Source of the DNA: Elusimicrobium minutum
GTDB taxonomy: Bacteria > Elusimicrobiota > Elusimicrobia > Elusimicrobiales > UBA9959
NCBI GenBank assembly: GCA_020723765.1
Contig: DYIF01000005.1
Location: forward strand, 713 to 64,712
Length of the DNA: 64,000 bases
Direction: 5' to 3'
Part shown: piece after piece, positions 9,924-19,220 of the stretch
How the letters are laid out: the number at the start of each line of letters is the position of its first letter
Numbering within the stretch: position 1 is the stretch's first letter
Program-made: the position numbers and the translations under genes
Notes under the pieces: model-generated
Seen by the model: the letters and a program-made list of their open reading frames with translations, nothing else
The model's database searches: none
What the model was told of the DNA's origin: nothing

Positions 9924-9937
9924 AACGCTCCCCTATA

Positions 9938-10876
9938 TTAAAATTTATTTTTAAACCATTCCAAAGTTTTTAACAATCCTTCCTCAAAACCCACTTTCGG
10001 TTTATATTTGAGATCCTTTTTTATAAGAGTTATATCCGCCCACGTTTTCCTGACATCTCCGGCTCTTTTGGGTAAAAATCTTTTTTCAAGCTTATAGCCC
10101 AAAAACTTTTCAAGCAAAGAAGCTATCTCTATCAAAGAAGTGGTCCGGCCGCAAGCGACATTGTAAACTTTCCCGTTTGATTTTTCGGACAAAGCCGCTT
10201 TTATGTTAGCATCAACGACATTTGAAACATAAGTAAAATCTCTCGATTGCCTTCCGTCCCAGTGAATTTCAAGAGGTTTTTTCTTTAAAGCTAATTCTAT
10301 AAACTTGGGTATTACCACGGAATACATCGACTGTGGAGGTTGCTTCGGACCAAATACGTTAAAATATCTTAACGAAGTTGTCGGAAGACCGAAAGTTTTC
10401 GAAAACATAACGCAATAATACTCCGCGGCCAATTTGGAAACGGCGTAGGGAGATATCGGAGAGGGAGTAAAAGTTTCTTTCTGCGGGAATATTTTGCAAT
10501 CTCCGTAAACCGAGCTTGAAGAAGCGTATACTACTTTTTTTATACCGCATTCTTTGGCCGCCATAAGAACGTTTAAAGTTCCGGTTATGTTATTATCGTT
10601 TGCTCCGAACGGATTGTCTATAGATTTAGGGACCGAACGCATCGCCGCCTGATGGATTACGTAAGTAACGTTTTTGCATGCTTTTTTAATATCGGAAAAA
10701 TTTCTTATATCTCCTTTTATAATCTCGACTTCTTTTTCAAAAGGCTTTAAATTTTCTATCTTCCCTTCGGAAAAATTATCTATTATTCTTACCTTTTCCC
10801 CTCTTTTAACAAGCTCTTCGGCTATATTGGAGCCTATAAAACCGGCTCCGCCGGTAACAAGCCATAATCTTTTCAT
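9938..10876 (-). CDS. NAD-dependent nucleotide-sugar epimerase/dehydratase (extended SDR)
   Basis: The ORF track runs to 10906. The likely start is Met11 (10876) after a GGAG-type SD, which avoids overlap with the upstream gene. Motifs: MKRLWLVTGGAGFIGSN Rossmann motif and the YAVSK catalytic YxxxK. Confidence 0.85.
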   Translation of the reverse strand: MKRLWLVTGGAGFIGSNIAEELVKRGEKVRIIDNFSEGKIENLKPFEKEVEIIKGDIRNFSDIKKACKNVTYVIHQAAMRSVPKSIDNPFGANDNNITGTLNVLMAAKECGIKKVVYASSSSVYGDCKIFPQKETFTPSPISPYAVSKLAAEYYCVMFSKTFGLPTTSLRYFNVFGPKQPPQSMYSVVIPKFIELALKKKPLEIHWDGRQSRDFTYVSNVVDANIKAALSEKSNGKVYNVACGRTTSLIEIASLLEKFLGYKLEKRFLPKRAGDVRKTWADITLIKKDLKYKPKVGFEEGLLKTLEWFKNKF

Positions 10877-10886
10877 CAATTCTCCT

Positions 10887-11258
10887 CTATAGGTCTTTCT
10901 TTTCAAGCGCGTTTTTTACGGCTTCGAAAAGGTCGTCGGTATTAAAAGGTTTTGTTAAAAAAGCCACGACCTGATTGAATTTAACAAACAAGCTTCTGGA
11001 CGGCTCGAGAGCCGAAAGGACTATTATCGGTATTTTGGAAAGAGACTCGTCCTGGCTTATGCTCGTGGCTATGGAATAGCCGTCCACGCCGGGAAGCATA
11101 ACGTCCAGTATCATAAGATCCGGTTTAAATTCCTTAAGCGAATCCATTACTTCTCTTCCGTTATCGCATATCTTAATGGTATGTCCCAAAGACTCCATGG
11201 TAATTTGCAAAAGGTTGGATATCTCGGGGTCGTCGTCGACTATCATTATTTTCGCCAT
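10887..11258 (-). CDS. stand-alone response-regulator receiver protein (CheY-like)
   Basis: 123 aa. IMIVDDDPE, LMILDVMLPGVDG (phospho-acceptor Asp context), LTKPF. No output domain. Confidence 0.85.
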   Translation of the reverse strand: MAKIMIVDDDPEISNLLQITMESLGHTIKICDNGREVMDSLKEFKPDLMILDVMLPGVDGYSIATSISQDESLSKIPIIVLSALEPSRSLFVKFNQVVAFLTKPFNTDDLFEAVKNALEKKDL

Positions 11259-11306
11259 ATTTTACTCCCTATATATAATTCTATAAAAAAAGGAAGAATT
11301 AAACAA

Positions 11307-11756
11307 TTACGGGAAATATATGCTAAAAGGAGATTGAGTATCGGTTTGTTTCGTTTCTTCTTTTTTTGTTTTCGACTCTTCGGTTTCTTTGGGTTTTGGT
11401 TGAGAAACTTTTTCTCTTTGTTTTTTAATCAGATCGTCGAATTTTTTCAACTGATCTTCGGTAAGATACGATTTTATAATAAATGTTACGTTTTTATTTA
11501 TCTCAAGCAAGTTGGACTTTATTTCCTCCATCTCTTTCTCTATCTCTTCTTTCTCGGACATTTTTTTATCGTATTTTTTCTTCTCCGAATCGAACTTTTT
11601 TAAATTCTTTTCAAGGTCTTTATAAATTTTTTTTCTCTGCTCTTCGGTTATATCTATCTGCTCTATGGTTTTAATAACCTTTTCCGGCTCGGGGCGCTGA
11701 ATCGGAATGTTTTGAGACCATAAAGAAAAAGACAACATAAGAATTATCGCATTCAT
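11307..11756 (-). CDS. secreted Lys/Glu-rich coiled-coil protein, LTXXQ (Spy/CpxP-like) motifs
   Basis: 149 aa with an N-terminal hydrophobic signal-like segment. Two (I/L)TE(E/D)Q motifs: ITEEQRKKI and LTEDQLKKF. Assignment is by motif only. Confidence 0.45.
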   Translation of the reverse strand: MNAIILMLSFSLWSQNIPIQRPEPEKVIKTIEQIDITEEQRKKIYKDLEKNLKKFDSEKKKYDKKMSEKEEIEKEMEEIKSNLLEINKNVTFIIKSYLTEDQLKKFDDLIKKQREKVSQPKPKETEESKTKKEETKQTDTQSPFSIYFP

Positions 11757-11765
11757 AAATCCCCC

Positions 11766-13028
11766 TTAGGTTTTTATTTTTAAAAGATCTCCTATTCTAA
11801 CCGTACTCGTATGATCGGTTCTATCCCAGATTTTTCTATCTTTTAAAATTCCGAGCACAAATATGGGAAACCTTAAAAAGCCCAAAGCCGGTTGCAAAAA
11901 ATACACGCTAAACATTGGAAAACCGGCTCTTTTGTCGAAAATCATGCTCAAAGGGAATATTATAAAAGGCAAGGAAATAAATATTAGTTTGTAATATAAA
12001 TCGTCGTAAGGAATAAGATGAAAGAAATAAACGAGAATATTAAATTTATCTTTGGTAAAATAAATGGAAACCAAAGAAATAAAAACGACTATTATTCTAT
12101 AGACGCCGAAGCAATAAATAAAACCCTCGAGAATTTTAAAATCCGAAGTTTTTATGAAAGAAACCAACAGTCGCCATGCGTGCTTTTTGGCGGTATCAAG
12201 AGAGCCTCTGGTCCATCTTACCGACCTCTTTATGTATTGAGTTATATGAACCGGCTCCTCGTCGTAAACTATGGCGGATTCGCACCATCTTATTCTTATA
12301 CCGGCGTTTATAAGCCGCATCTGCATCTCTAAATCTTCGGTCAAACAACTCTCGTCCCACTTAAATTTCTTAACTATCTCCGTACTAAAACACATTCCTT
12401 TGCCGTGCAAAGTCGCGGAAAGCCCCAAAAACTCCTTCGGTTTTTGGAAAAAATTATTCGTTATAAACTGTCCGCTTGAAACTATCATTGAAAGTATGGA
12501 CTCGTTTCTGTTTTTGGGAAGTTGCATCCCCTGAATCGCTTTTCCCCCGTCGTCCATACAGCCGCTCATGGCTTTAAGAAAATCGGGATGTATCAAGGAA
12601 TCGGCGTCTATATAGCAAAAAGCGTCGTATTTATCCGCGGAACTCAAAATATCTTTGGTAGCTCTGTTTAAGGCTCTCGCTTTATTTGAAGGAAGATTAT
12701 CGTCGTATGAGAGGATATTAACATTATATCCTTTAGATATTTTACTCGTCGAATCGGAACAGTGATCGCATATTACGTATACATCGTATAAATCTTTGGG
12801 ATAATCCAAAAAAGACAAACTTTCCAAAAGATTTCCTATTACTTTTTCTTCGTTGTGAGCCGGAATTAAAACGGCGAATTTTTTAGAATGAGAAAACTTT
12901 TTGTCGTTTCTTTTGTAAAAGAATATTCCCGAAAATGAAATGAAAAGATAGACGAACATCGTAATCAAAATATAAAACTGAAAGATATTTCCTACAAACC
13001 ATAAAATCAGAATATGTATATTATCCAT
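11766..13028 (-). CDS. membrane-embedded family 2 glycosyltransferase (processive-type)
   Basis: 420 aa. N- and C-terminal TM segments, VLIPAHNEEKVIGNLLESL, DADS, TEDLEMQMR, and an RSVRWTRG (QxxRW-like) motif. Confidence 0.8.
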   Translation of the reverse strand: MDNIHILILWFVGNIFQFYILITMFVYLFISFSGIFFYKRNDKKFSHSKKFAVLIPAHNEEKVIGNLLESLSFLDYPKDLYDVYVICDHCSDSTSKISKGYNVNILSYDDNLPSNKARALNRATKDILSSADKYDAFCYIDADSLIHPDFLKAMSGCMDDGGKAIQGMQLPKNRNESILSMIVSSGQFITNNFFQKPKEFLGLSATLHGKGMCFSTEIVKKFKWDESCLTEDLEMQMRLINAGIRIRWCESAIVYDEEPVHITQYIKRSVRWTRGSLDTAKKHAWRLLVSFIKTSDFKILEGFIYCFGVYRIIVVFISLVSIYFTKDKFNILVYFFHLIPYDDLYYKLIFISLPFIIFPLSMIFDKRAGFPMFSVYFLQPALGFLRFPIFVLGILKDRKIWDRTDHTSTVRIGDLLKIKT

Positions 13029-13080
13029 AAATCTTGTTTAACTTCAATTAAATTACTATAATTATTTTATCAAATAATTT

Positions 13081-13926
13081 ATGGAAAACAACAAAGAAAA
13101 ATCAAAGTTCTGGTTATACCTCATACCTTTGTATATTATAATAGCGATACCGCTTATAAAGTGGACTTTAAAAATGTCCTCCCCCGACATAAATTTATCG
13201 GAAGAAGAAATGAAGGCTTTTTCCGCCACCGCTGATATAAAAAAAGAAGAGGATTTTAAAATGTACGAACCGAATTTAGAGGACCTGTCGTATACCGTAA
13301 ACTACAGAAACGCAAGCGACTTAAAGGAAGGTAAAACATACAAACTTTCCGAAGACGAATCTCAAAAAGACAAAGAAAAAAACTCAACCGAAAAATCCGA
13401 AAACAAAAAAGATAACATAAAGCTTTCAAGCGAACAGGATATACCGAAGGTAGGCGACATAAAACAAAAAGAGATGAGTTCCGTCGGATATAAAAAAGGA
13501 TTTTTAACTCAAGCCGTAGGTAAACTGCTAAATAATCCAACCGCGGTAAAAGCGCTTTTTAATAACGAATATGTTGTTAAAGGGTTTTTATCCAGAGACA
13601 TAGTAAAAAGGAATTTATCCGACCCGAAAGCCCTTGAATCTTATCTTTCAAATCAACAGGTGGTCTCCAACTTTCTAAACAACGAAACCGTCAAACAGGC
13701 GCTAAATAATCCACAGGTTTTAAACGCGATAGCGCAAAGCAAACTTATGGGAGAAATAATGTCCGCTCCCGCCGTTACCAATTTAATGAACAATCAAGAG
13801 AAGATGAACGAGTTAATGACTAAAAACCCGCAGACAATGCAACTGCTTTCAAATCCGAATATAATGTCGGCTTTATCTTCAAATCCGCAAGGAGCTCAAA
13901 TACTCTCCAAGATCTCTCAGAAATAA
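13081..13926 (+). CDS. membrane-anchored hypothetical protein with Asn/Pro/Gln-rich STI1-like helical repeats
   Basis: 281 aa. N-terminal TM (FWLYLIPLYIIIAIPLI), an acidic/Lys-rich linker, and C-terminal repeats NNPTAVKALFNNE / NNPQVLNAIAQS / KNPQTMQLLSNPNIMSALSSNPQGAQIL. Confidence 0.5.
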   Translation: MENNKEKSKFWLYLIPLYIIIAIPLIKWTLKMSSPDINLSEEEMKAFSATADIKKEEDFKMYEPNLEDLSYTVNYRNASDLKEGKTYKLSEDESQKDKEKNSTEKSENKKDNIKLSSEQDIPKVGDIKQKEMSSVGYKKGFLTQAVGKLLNNPTAVKALFNNEYVVKGFLSRDIVKRNLSDPKALESYLSNQQVVSNFLNNETVKQALNNPQVLNAIAQSKLMGEIMSAPAVTNLMNNQEKMNELMTKNPQTMQLLSNPNIMSALSSNPQGAQILSKISQK

Positions 13927-13927
13927 A

Positions 13928-15979
13928 TTATTTTTTAATGTATTTAAGTTTTTTAATTTTGGTTCCGGGAAAGTAAAAATTTAATATCTGTTTATAATTT
14001 TTATTTTCCTTTCCGGCCATCCCCGCGGCCCCTCCCTGACACATACCTATTGAATGCCCCCATCCTCCACCGTAAAACCATATATTTCTTATTTTGCCGT
14101 CGGAAAATCTGTTTATCTCTATGTTAAAAAGGGTTGATTTTAGGGAATTAAGGCCGAAAGCGTTTCTTATTATATGTTCCTTATCTATAACTACGCTTTT
14201 CTTGGTTCCTATTATTTTTATTGAGTTTACGTTACCGCTTCTGCTTCTTTTCAATACTATAATGCTTTTAATATCCCCTACCCCGTATCTTTTGTCCAAT
14301 TTAAAGTTTATATCGGCTCTTTTTATTATTTTAAGCCATCTGAACTCGCTATCGCTCACCACCCCGGGATAATTACAATAGGCCTCCGGCATTCCCTTTA
14401 TCCATATATTAAACTCCCACGGGCTTAAACCTTCCTTATACTTATCGCTGTCCGGGTGAGATTTAAGATAAGGAACATCCCCCCACCCTTTAACCTCGGA
14501 AGACGATTGAATGTATCCTCCGCAATTGGAATGGTAAAAAGAATAAGCCAATCTATCTTTATATGCAAGGACTTCGCCTTCGGTATCGAATACCGCTTTA
14601 TTCGTGGAATTTTTTTCGTAAATGACTCCCTTATAAACCTGACAATGCTGGCTGTCGCATAAGTGATAACCTTCCTTTTTATGAGGGCCTTCTTTAAGTC
14701 TTCTTACCGCTTCAGTTCTCGCTATCACGGCCTGAGCTTTCAAGGCTTCCATAGGCCATTTAGGCTCCATCTCCGCCGGAACCACTCCCAAAAGATACAC
14801 CTCGAGTTCCACTATGTTTATTATTCCAAATCCGCCTTTTAAAGGAACAATCTCAATCTCCCCCCGGTATTCTCTATCCGAATACCTGAAATAAGGATTT
14901 GAATTTTTAGAATCTGCCTCTATTATTATAGTTCCGTTTCTCGGATCATCGGATTTGATTATTATAGGTTTTGAAAATATATTTAACAAAACTCCGTTAT
15001 CGGAATAGATAGATAAAGAATCTTTTTCGTATTTTATTTTTATCATTTCTCCGGTTTTAAAAGAAGCGTAATTTTTTCCCGTTTCTTTACCGTATATGTT
15101 TATATTATTAAAGCTTCTCAAAGTTAAAGACCTGTTTTTTCTGTGATTACCGGCGTCATCCGCCCCTACGGCCACTCTTAGTTTTATGCTTTTTTTTAAT
15201 CTGTTTATATCGTAACTTTCGGATATTACGGTCGGATTTAATATTTTAAAAGGAGGCCTTATCTCCTCGGGCTGTTTTGTCAGCTTGCCTTCTATTATTT
15301 TTACCATCTTGGTCGCTATTGGGTGGTCCGGGACGTAATCTAAAACTCTATAATACTGATTCCATGCCTGATTATAATCCCCTTCTTTTAAATAAATCTG
15401 AGCCAGAGGAAGCCGAGCCTCGATAAAAGACGGGTCTTTTCTTAAAACGTTTATAAGATACTCCTTAGCCTTATCGTACATCTGAAAGTTAACGTAATTC
15501 CACGCAAAAAGATAATCGACTCCGGCATAATCCCCTCTTATGTTTTTATAAATGTTAAGATAATCTATCGTTTTTATTATGTCTTTCGTCTGAGAATAAA
15601 CCATAGCCATTCCCATAACCGCCGAATAATTTTTATTTTCGATATTAAAAGCTTTTTCGAAATAAAACTTCGATTTTTCATTATCTCCTATATGGAAATA
15701 AAGCCAGCCTAATTCCGCAAGAACTTCGCTATCTTCTTTTATCGAAACGGATTTTTCTAAACACTCTATCGCTTTTTTATAATTGTCCGAATTTTTATAA
15801 ATCATCGCCATATCCAAAAGAACACGATAATCTTTATTGTTTTCGTAAAAAGCTTTGTAATATTCCAAAGACCTTTCGAAATCGCCGTTTAAATAGCTTT
15901 GATAAGCCATTTCCTTCAGGTCCGTGGAAAAAAGATAATTATTTAAAATACCGAAAAAACAAATAAAAAATAAAACCAT
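13928..15979 (-). CDS. SpoIID/LytB-domain protein with N-terminal TPR repeats
   Basis: 683 aa. TPR-like N-terminal third. SpoIID motifs ALKAQAVIARTEA, HLCDSQHCQVYKG, FYHSNCGGYIQSS, GHSIGMCQGGA. Confidence 0.85.
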   Translation of the reverse strand: MVLFFICFFGILNNYLFSTDLKEMAYQSYLNGDFERSLEYYKAFYENNKDYRVLLDMAMIYKNSDNYKKAIECLEKSVSIKEDSEVLAELGWLYFHIGDNEKSKFYFEKAFNIENKNYSAVMGMAMVYSQTKDIIKTIDYLNIYKNIRGDYAGVDYLFAWNYVNFQMYDKAKEYLINVLRKDPSFIEARLPLAQIYLKEGDYNQAWNQYYRVLDYVPDHPIATKMVKIIEGKLTKQPEEIRPPFKILNPTVISESYDINRLKKSIKLRVAVGADDAGNHRKNRSLTLRSFNNINIYGKETGKNYASFKTGEMIKIKYEKDSLSIYSDNGVLLNIFSKPIIIKSDDPRNGTIIIEADSKNSNPYFRYSDREYRGEIEIVPLKGGFGIINIVELEVYLLGVVPAEMEPKWPMEALKAQAVIARTEAVRRLKEGPHKKEGYHLCDSQHCQVYKGVIYEKNSTNKAVFDTEGEVLAYKDRLAYSFYHSNCGGYIQSSSEVKGWGDVPYLKSHPDSDKYKEGLSPWEFNIWIKGMPEAYCNYPGVVSDSEFRWLKIIKRADINFKLDKRYGVGDIKSIIVLKRSRSGNVNSIKIIGTKKSVVIDKEHIIRNAFGLNSLKSTLFNIEINRFSDGKIRNIWFYGGGWGHSIGMCQGGAAGMAGKENKNYKQILNFYFPGTKIKKLKYIKK

Positions 15980-16014
15980 AAATTTATTATATGAATTATA
16001 AATTACAAATAAAA

Positions 16015-16056
16015 TAAAAAAGCGCTCGGTTTAATTATAAAACCAAGCGCTTTTTT
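16015..16056 (-). terminator. intrinsic terminator hairpin flanked by A- and T-runs
   Basis: AAAAAAGCGCTCGGTTT-AATTATA-AAACCAAGCGCTTTTTT. A GC-rich stem with one mismatch and a U-run on the minus-strand transcript, just after the stop of 16067..16780. Confidence 0.6.
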
Positions 16057-16066
16057 AGGTGATGTT

Positions 16067-16780
16067 TTACCAATTAAGGTATTTTCGGCCTATTATCTGA
16101 TTAAGCCTTTGTTCGACTATCTGAGATTTGTTTGCTTTTCTTTTTTCCACCGTAGCTTTTAATTCTTTGACCTCGTTTTCAAGTCTTTTAACTCTAAGTT
16201 CCTGTACCTTAGTTCTTATATCGAAAAGCGCGTTAAGTTTCGATTTTATCTCTTCTTTTATTTTGGTCTTATCGGAATCCGAGGCTTTTTCGTATTTTAA
16301 TCCCAATTCCCTCACGTCGTACTCTAAAGATATTCCCTTTACTATGTCTTTTTCTATCGTTTTATCTTCTAAGTTTCTGGCAAAAGTCAAAAAATTAAAA
16401 GACATCTTTATTATCTGCCTGTATTTTACGGTATCGGCGCCTTTGAGAGCGATTATTTTTTTATGAAACTCGGGGTCGTTCGTTTTTATTATTTCAAGGA
16501 CTTTAGACTCCATCCCGTCGTCAAAAAATTCTCTCTGTCCTTGACCCATACGCTGCATCCCTATGCCCGGTTTTTTTATGTTTCTTTTCATTCCCATTCC
16601 GGGTCCGCCCATAGGGTTTCCCGGTCCCATACCCATTCCGTAAGGACCGATATCGGGCATATCCTCTCCCTCTTCAGCCTGGCTCATTTCTTCGCCTGGA
16701 GACTGCGCCGAAAGGTTATTTACAAAACCAACCGACGCGAAAGATAGCGTTACAAGAAGCGCAAGTATTATTTTTTTCAT
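16067..16780 (-). CDS. secreted Met/Gly/Pro-rich periplasmic protein with C-terminal coiled coil
   Basis: 237 aa. Signal peptide, the tract GPYGMGMGPGNPMGGPGMGM...GIGMQRMGQGQ, and a helical C-half. It is the last gene of the sigma/anti-sigma operon. Similarity to ZraP/Spy-type proteins is compositional only. Confidence 0.5.
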   Translation of the reverse strand: MKKIILALLVTLSFASVGFVNNLSAQSPGEEMSQAEEGEDMPDIGPYGMGMGPGNPMGGPGMGMKRNIKKPGIGMQRMGQGQREFFDDGMESKVLEIIKTNDPEFHKKIIALKGADTVKYRQIIKMSFNFLTFARNLEDKTIEKDIVKGISLEYDVRELGLKYEKASDSDKTKIKEEIKSKLNALFDIRTKVQELRVKRLENEVKELKATVEKRKANKSQIVEQRLNQIIGRKYLNW

Positions 16781-16792
16781 AACTCCTCCTTT

Positions 16793-17197
16793 TTAATAAT
16801 TAAAATCCGTATCCGTAAATTTAATGTCGTAATAAAGTTCGGACAAAGAATATTCCGCTTTTGAAATCGAGGATTCTATGTCTCTCTGGACTATCGAATT
16901 TTTCCCGGGCATAACAAACAATACCAAAACCGCCAGCGAAAGAGAAAAAGCGTAAAATATCTTGGACAAATAATTCTTAGCGGAGGTTAAATTATTTCCG
17001 GCGTATATAAGTATATTGTTTCTAACTTTTGTTTTTATGTAATCTACCGTTTTTAAGTTCTTTTCAATAAAATTTAAAGTATCGTAAAATTTTCGGCATT
17101 CTTCGCAGTCTTTTATATGATTCAAAGTTTCTTCTTTTTCTTTTAAAGACGACTCTCCGTAGTAAGCCGCCGCTATCTTTTGCTTATCGCAGTTCAT
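16793..17197 (-). CDS. putative anti-sigma factor (zf-HC2-like, single TM)
   Basis: 134 aa. HIKDCEECRKF (H-x3-C-x2-C) and a TM segment FYAFSLSLAVLVLFVMP. It lies immediately downstream of the ECF sigma gene. Confidence 0.6.
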   Translation of the reverse strand: MNCDKQKIAAAYYGESSLKEKEETLNHIKDCEECRKFYDTLNFIEKNLKTVDYIKTKVRNNILIYAGNNLTSAKNYLSKIFYAFSLSLAVLVLFVMPGKNSIVQRDIESSISKAEYSLSELYYDIKFTDTDFNY

Positions 17198-17257
17198 ATA
17201 ACCTCCTCGATATTAATAACGAGATTTATTTAAATTTATTGCATTAAGATTGTTTCT

Positions 17258-17827
17258 TTATTCTTTTAAAATTTCGGCGAGTTTTTCTACGGCTCTTTTG
17301 AATCTGCTCAATAAAGTTCCTATGGGAACTTTAATCGCATCGGATATTTCCTGGAAGGTAAGACCGGAAAAATGCTTTAAAAATATTATTTCTCTGTAAT
17401 CGTCGGATAATTTATCCAAAGCTTCGTATAGCCTTTTGCTTTCATATTCGGAAATGAATTTTTTTTCGGGAGTTTCATCCGAAGGCAAGATATCCTTTAA
17501 AGAAAACCCGTCTATCTCTTCGTCTAAGGGAATATTTAAAGCGTAATTTTTATTCTTTGCGCTTTTCAAATAATCCATAACCGCGTTTCTCGATATCTGA
17601 AAAATCCAGGCTTTAAAATTCCCGTCTTTATAATCGGAAAGCCCATTTATGACTTTTATAAAAACATCCTGAAATATATCGTTGGCTATCTCCTCGTTTC
17701 TTACCATGGAATATATGAAATTAAAAACCGCCATCCTGTATTTTTCATATAATTTTTCAAAAGCTTTCTCGTCCCCCTCGAGATACGACTCTATTAGCTC
17801 TCTATCTTCCATAAAAATATGATACAA
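17258..17827 (-). CDS. ECF-type RNA polymerase sigma-70 family factor
   Basis: 189 aa. Region 2 (DIFQDVFIKV...FKAWIFQISRNAVMDYL) and a region 4 HTH (FSGLTFQEISDAIKVPIGTLLSRFKRA). Confidence 0.9.
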   Translation of the reverse strand: MYHIFMEDRELIESYLEGDEKAFEKLYEKYRMAVFNFIYSMVRNEEIANDIFQDVFIKVINGLSDYKDGNFKAWIFQISRNAVMDYLKSAKNKNYALNIPLDEEIDGFSLKDILPSDETPEKKFISEYESKRLYEALDKLSDDYREIIFLKHFSGLTFQEISDAIKVPIGTLLSRFKRAVEKLAEILKE

Positions 17828-17831
17828 ATAA

Positions 17832-17859
17832 ATAAGGGCGGATAAAAATCCGCCCTTAT
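17832..17859 (-). terminator. intrinsic terminator of the S8 protease gene
   Basis: ATAAGGGCGGA-TAAAAA-TCCGCCCTTAT, a perfect GC-rich hairpin. On the minus-strand transcript it is followed by a T-rich stretch (ATTTATTTG). Confidence 0.7.
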
Positions 17860-17860
17860 T

Positions 17861-17895
17861 AACTTTAAACTTTCAACTTGCAACTTTAAACTATC
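17861..17895. repeat. 5 tandem heptamers AACTTTN overlapping the stop codon of the protease gene
   Basis: AACTTTA AACTTTC AACTTGC AACTTTA AACTATC. The last unit contains CTA (TAG stop of 17891..19126). A related 12-unit tract lies at 45728..45811. Confidence 0.8.
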
Positions 17896-19126
17896 TGGAG
17901 TTTAATATCTGATAAAACTTCGAAGCGTCTATGACTCCGTTTCCCTGCTCGGTATCTTTTAATCCGGTTATTTTAACCGCAGATTTTATTAAAACATTTT
18001 TAACATCGTCCGGATTTTTAACTCCAAGCCCTACAACCAGAGCCGCAAGTCCGGCGACATGAGGGCTTGCCATGGATGTTCCGCTTAATGTTTTATAAAC
18101 TCCGCCTTTATAAGTAGAGTATACGCTAACGCCCGGAGCTATAAAAGCGATTTCAGGGCCCCTTGAAGAAAAAGAGGCTATTTTATCGGAAGAGTCCAAA
18201 GCGGATACCGCTATGGCTCCCGGATATTTTGCGGGATAGTTCACGGCCCCCCCGTCGTTACCCGCGGCGCAAACCACCACGACTCCCGCTTTATAAGCCG
18301 CGTCTATGGCTGCTTTTAAAGCGTCACTTCCGCTTGGTCCACCTAAGCTCATATTTACTACATTCATTTTATTATTAACCGCCCATTGTATACCGTCTAT
18401 AATCCAGGAGTATTGCCCGGAGCCGTTGGAATCCAGAACTTTAACCGCATATAATTTTACGTTGGGGGCGACACCGACGACTCCTTTTAAGTCTTTAACC
18501 GCCGCAATGGTTCCGGCGACATGAGTCCCATGCCCCTGATCGTCAAGAGGGGGCTTGGACGAGTTTACGGCATTATATCCGCCCGCATAATTGGAAGCCA
18601 GATCGGTATGATTATAGTCTATCCCGGTATCTATGACCGCGACTTTGACGTTTTTACCCGTGGTATAATCCCATGCGCTATAAGCGTTTACTCTCTTTAT
18701 ACCCCAGGGCATTTCTTTAAGTTCTTCTTCGCTTGCTTTGGGAGTGGAAAAGGAAGGAGAAACTATTGAGTAATCGTAATTATTTTCTTTAATGTTTTTC
18801 AAAACGCCTTCAACCGAAGGTATTTCCGGCAAAGTAGTTTCTTCTATCCATTTAATATAAAGATCGTTCTCCACTTTCTTTACATAGCCCAAAGTATAAA
18901 CGTCGTTATCCTTTACATAATCGGGGAAATCGGCAACAACCGAATTTATAAGCGGAAGTTCTTTTATTATCTTACCGCCCAATCTTTCTATGTCGGACTG
19001 ACTCATTTTTATATCTTTATTATCGTTTAGCATGACTATCTTTTGCACCGCGCTTAAATTAAACGCAAAAGATAGCGCCATAATCAATAATCCTATTTTT
19101 TTCATTAACTCCTCCTTAATTGACAT
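17891..19126 (-). CDS. secreted subtilisin-like serine protease (peptidase S8)
   Basis: 411 aa with a signal peptide. Catalytic triad motifs VAVIDTGID, HGTHVAGTIAA, SGTSMASPHVAG. Confidence 0.9.
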   Translation of the reverse strand: MSIKEELMKKIGLLIMALSFAFNLSAVQKIVMLNDNKDIKMSQSDIERLGGKIIKELPLINSVVADFPDYVKDNDVYTLGYVKKVENDLYIKWIEETTLPEIPSVEGVLKNIKENNYDYSIVSPSFSTPKASEEELKEMPWGIKRVNAYSAWDYTTGKNVKVAVIDTGIDYNHTDLASNYAGGYNAVNSSKPPLDDQGHGTHVAGTIAAVKDLKGVVGVAPNVKLYAVKVLDSNGSGQYSWIIDGIQWAVNNKMNVVNMSLGGPSGSDALKAAIDAAYKAGVVVVCAAGNDGGAVNYPAKYPGAIAVSALDSSDKIASFSSRGPEIAFIAPGVSVYSTYKGGVYKTLSGTSMASPHVAGLAALVVGLGVKNPDDVKNVLIKSAVKITGLKDTEQGNGVIDASKFYQILNSR

Positions 19127-19220
19127 AACTCAATATATTTATTTTAGGCATTAAAGGATATCCGTTCAAGTTTATTCGACCTATTGACAAAGAGTATTTG
19201 GACACTTGTCCAGTCAATGG

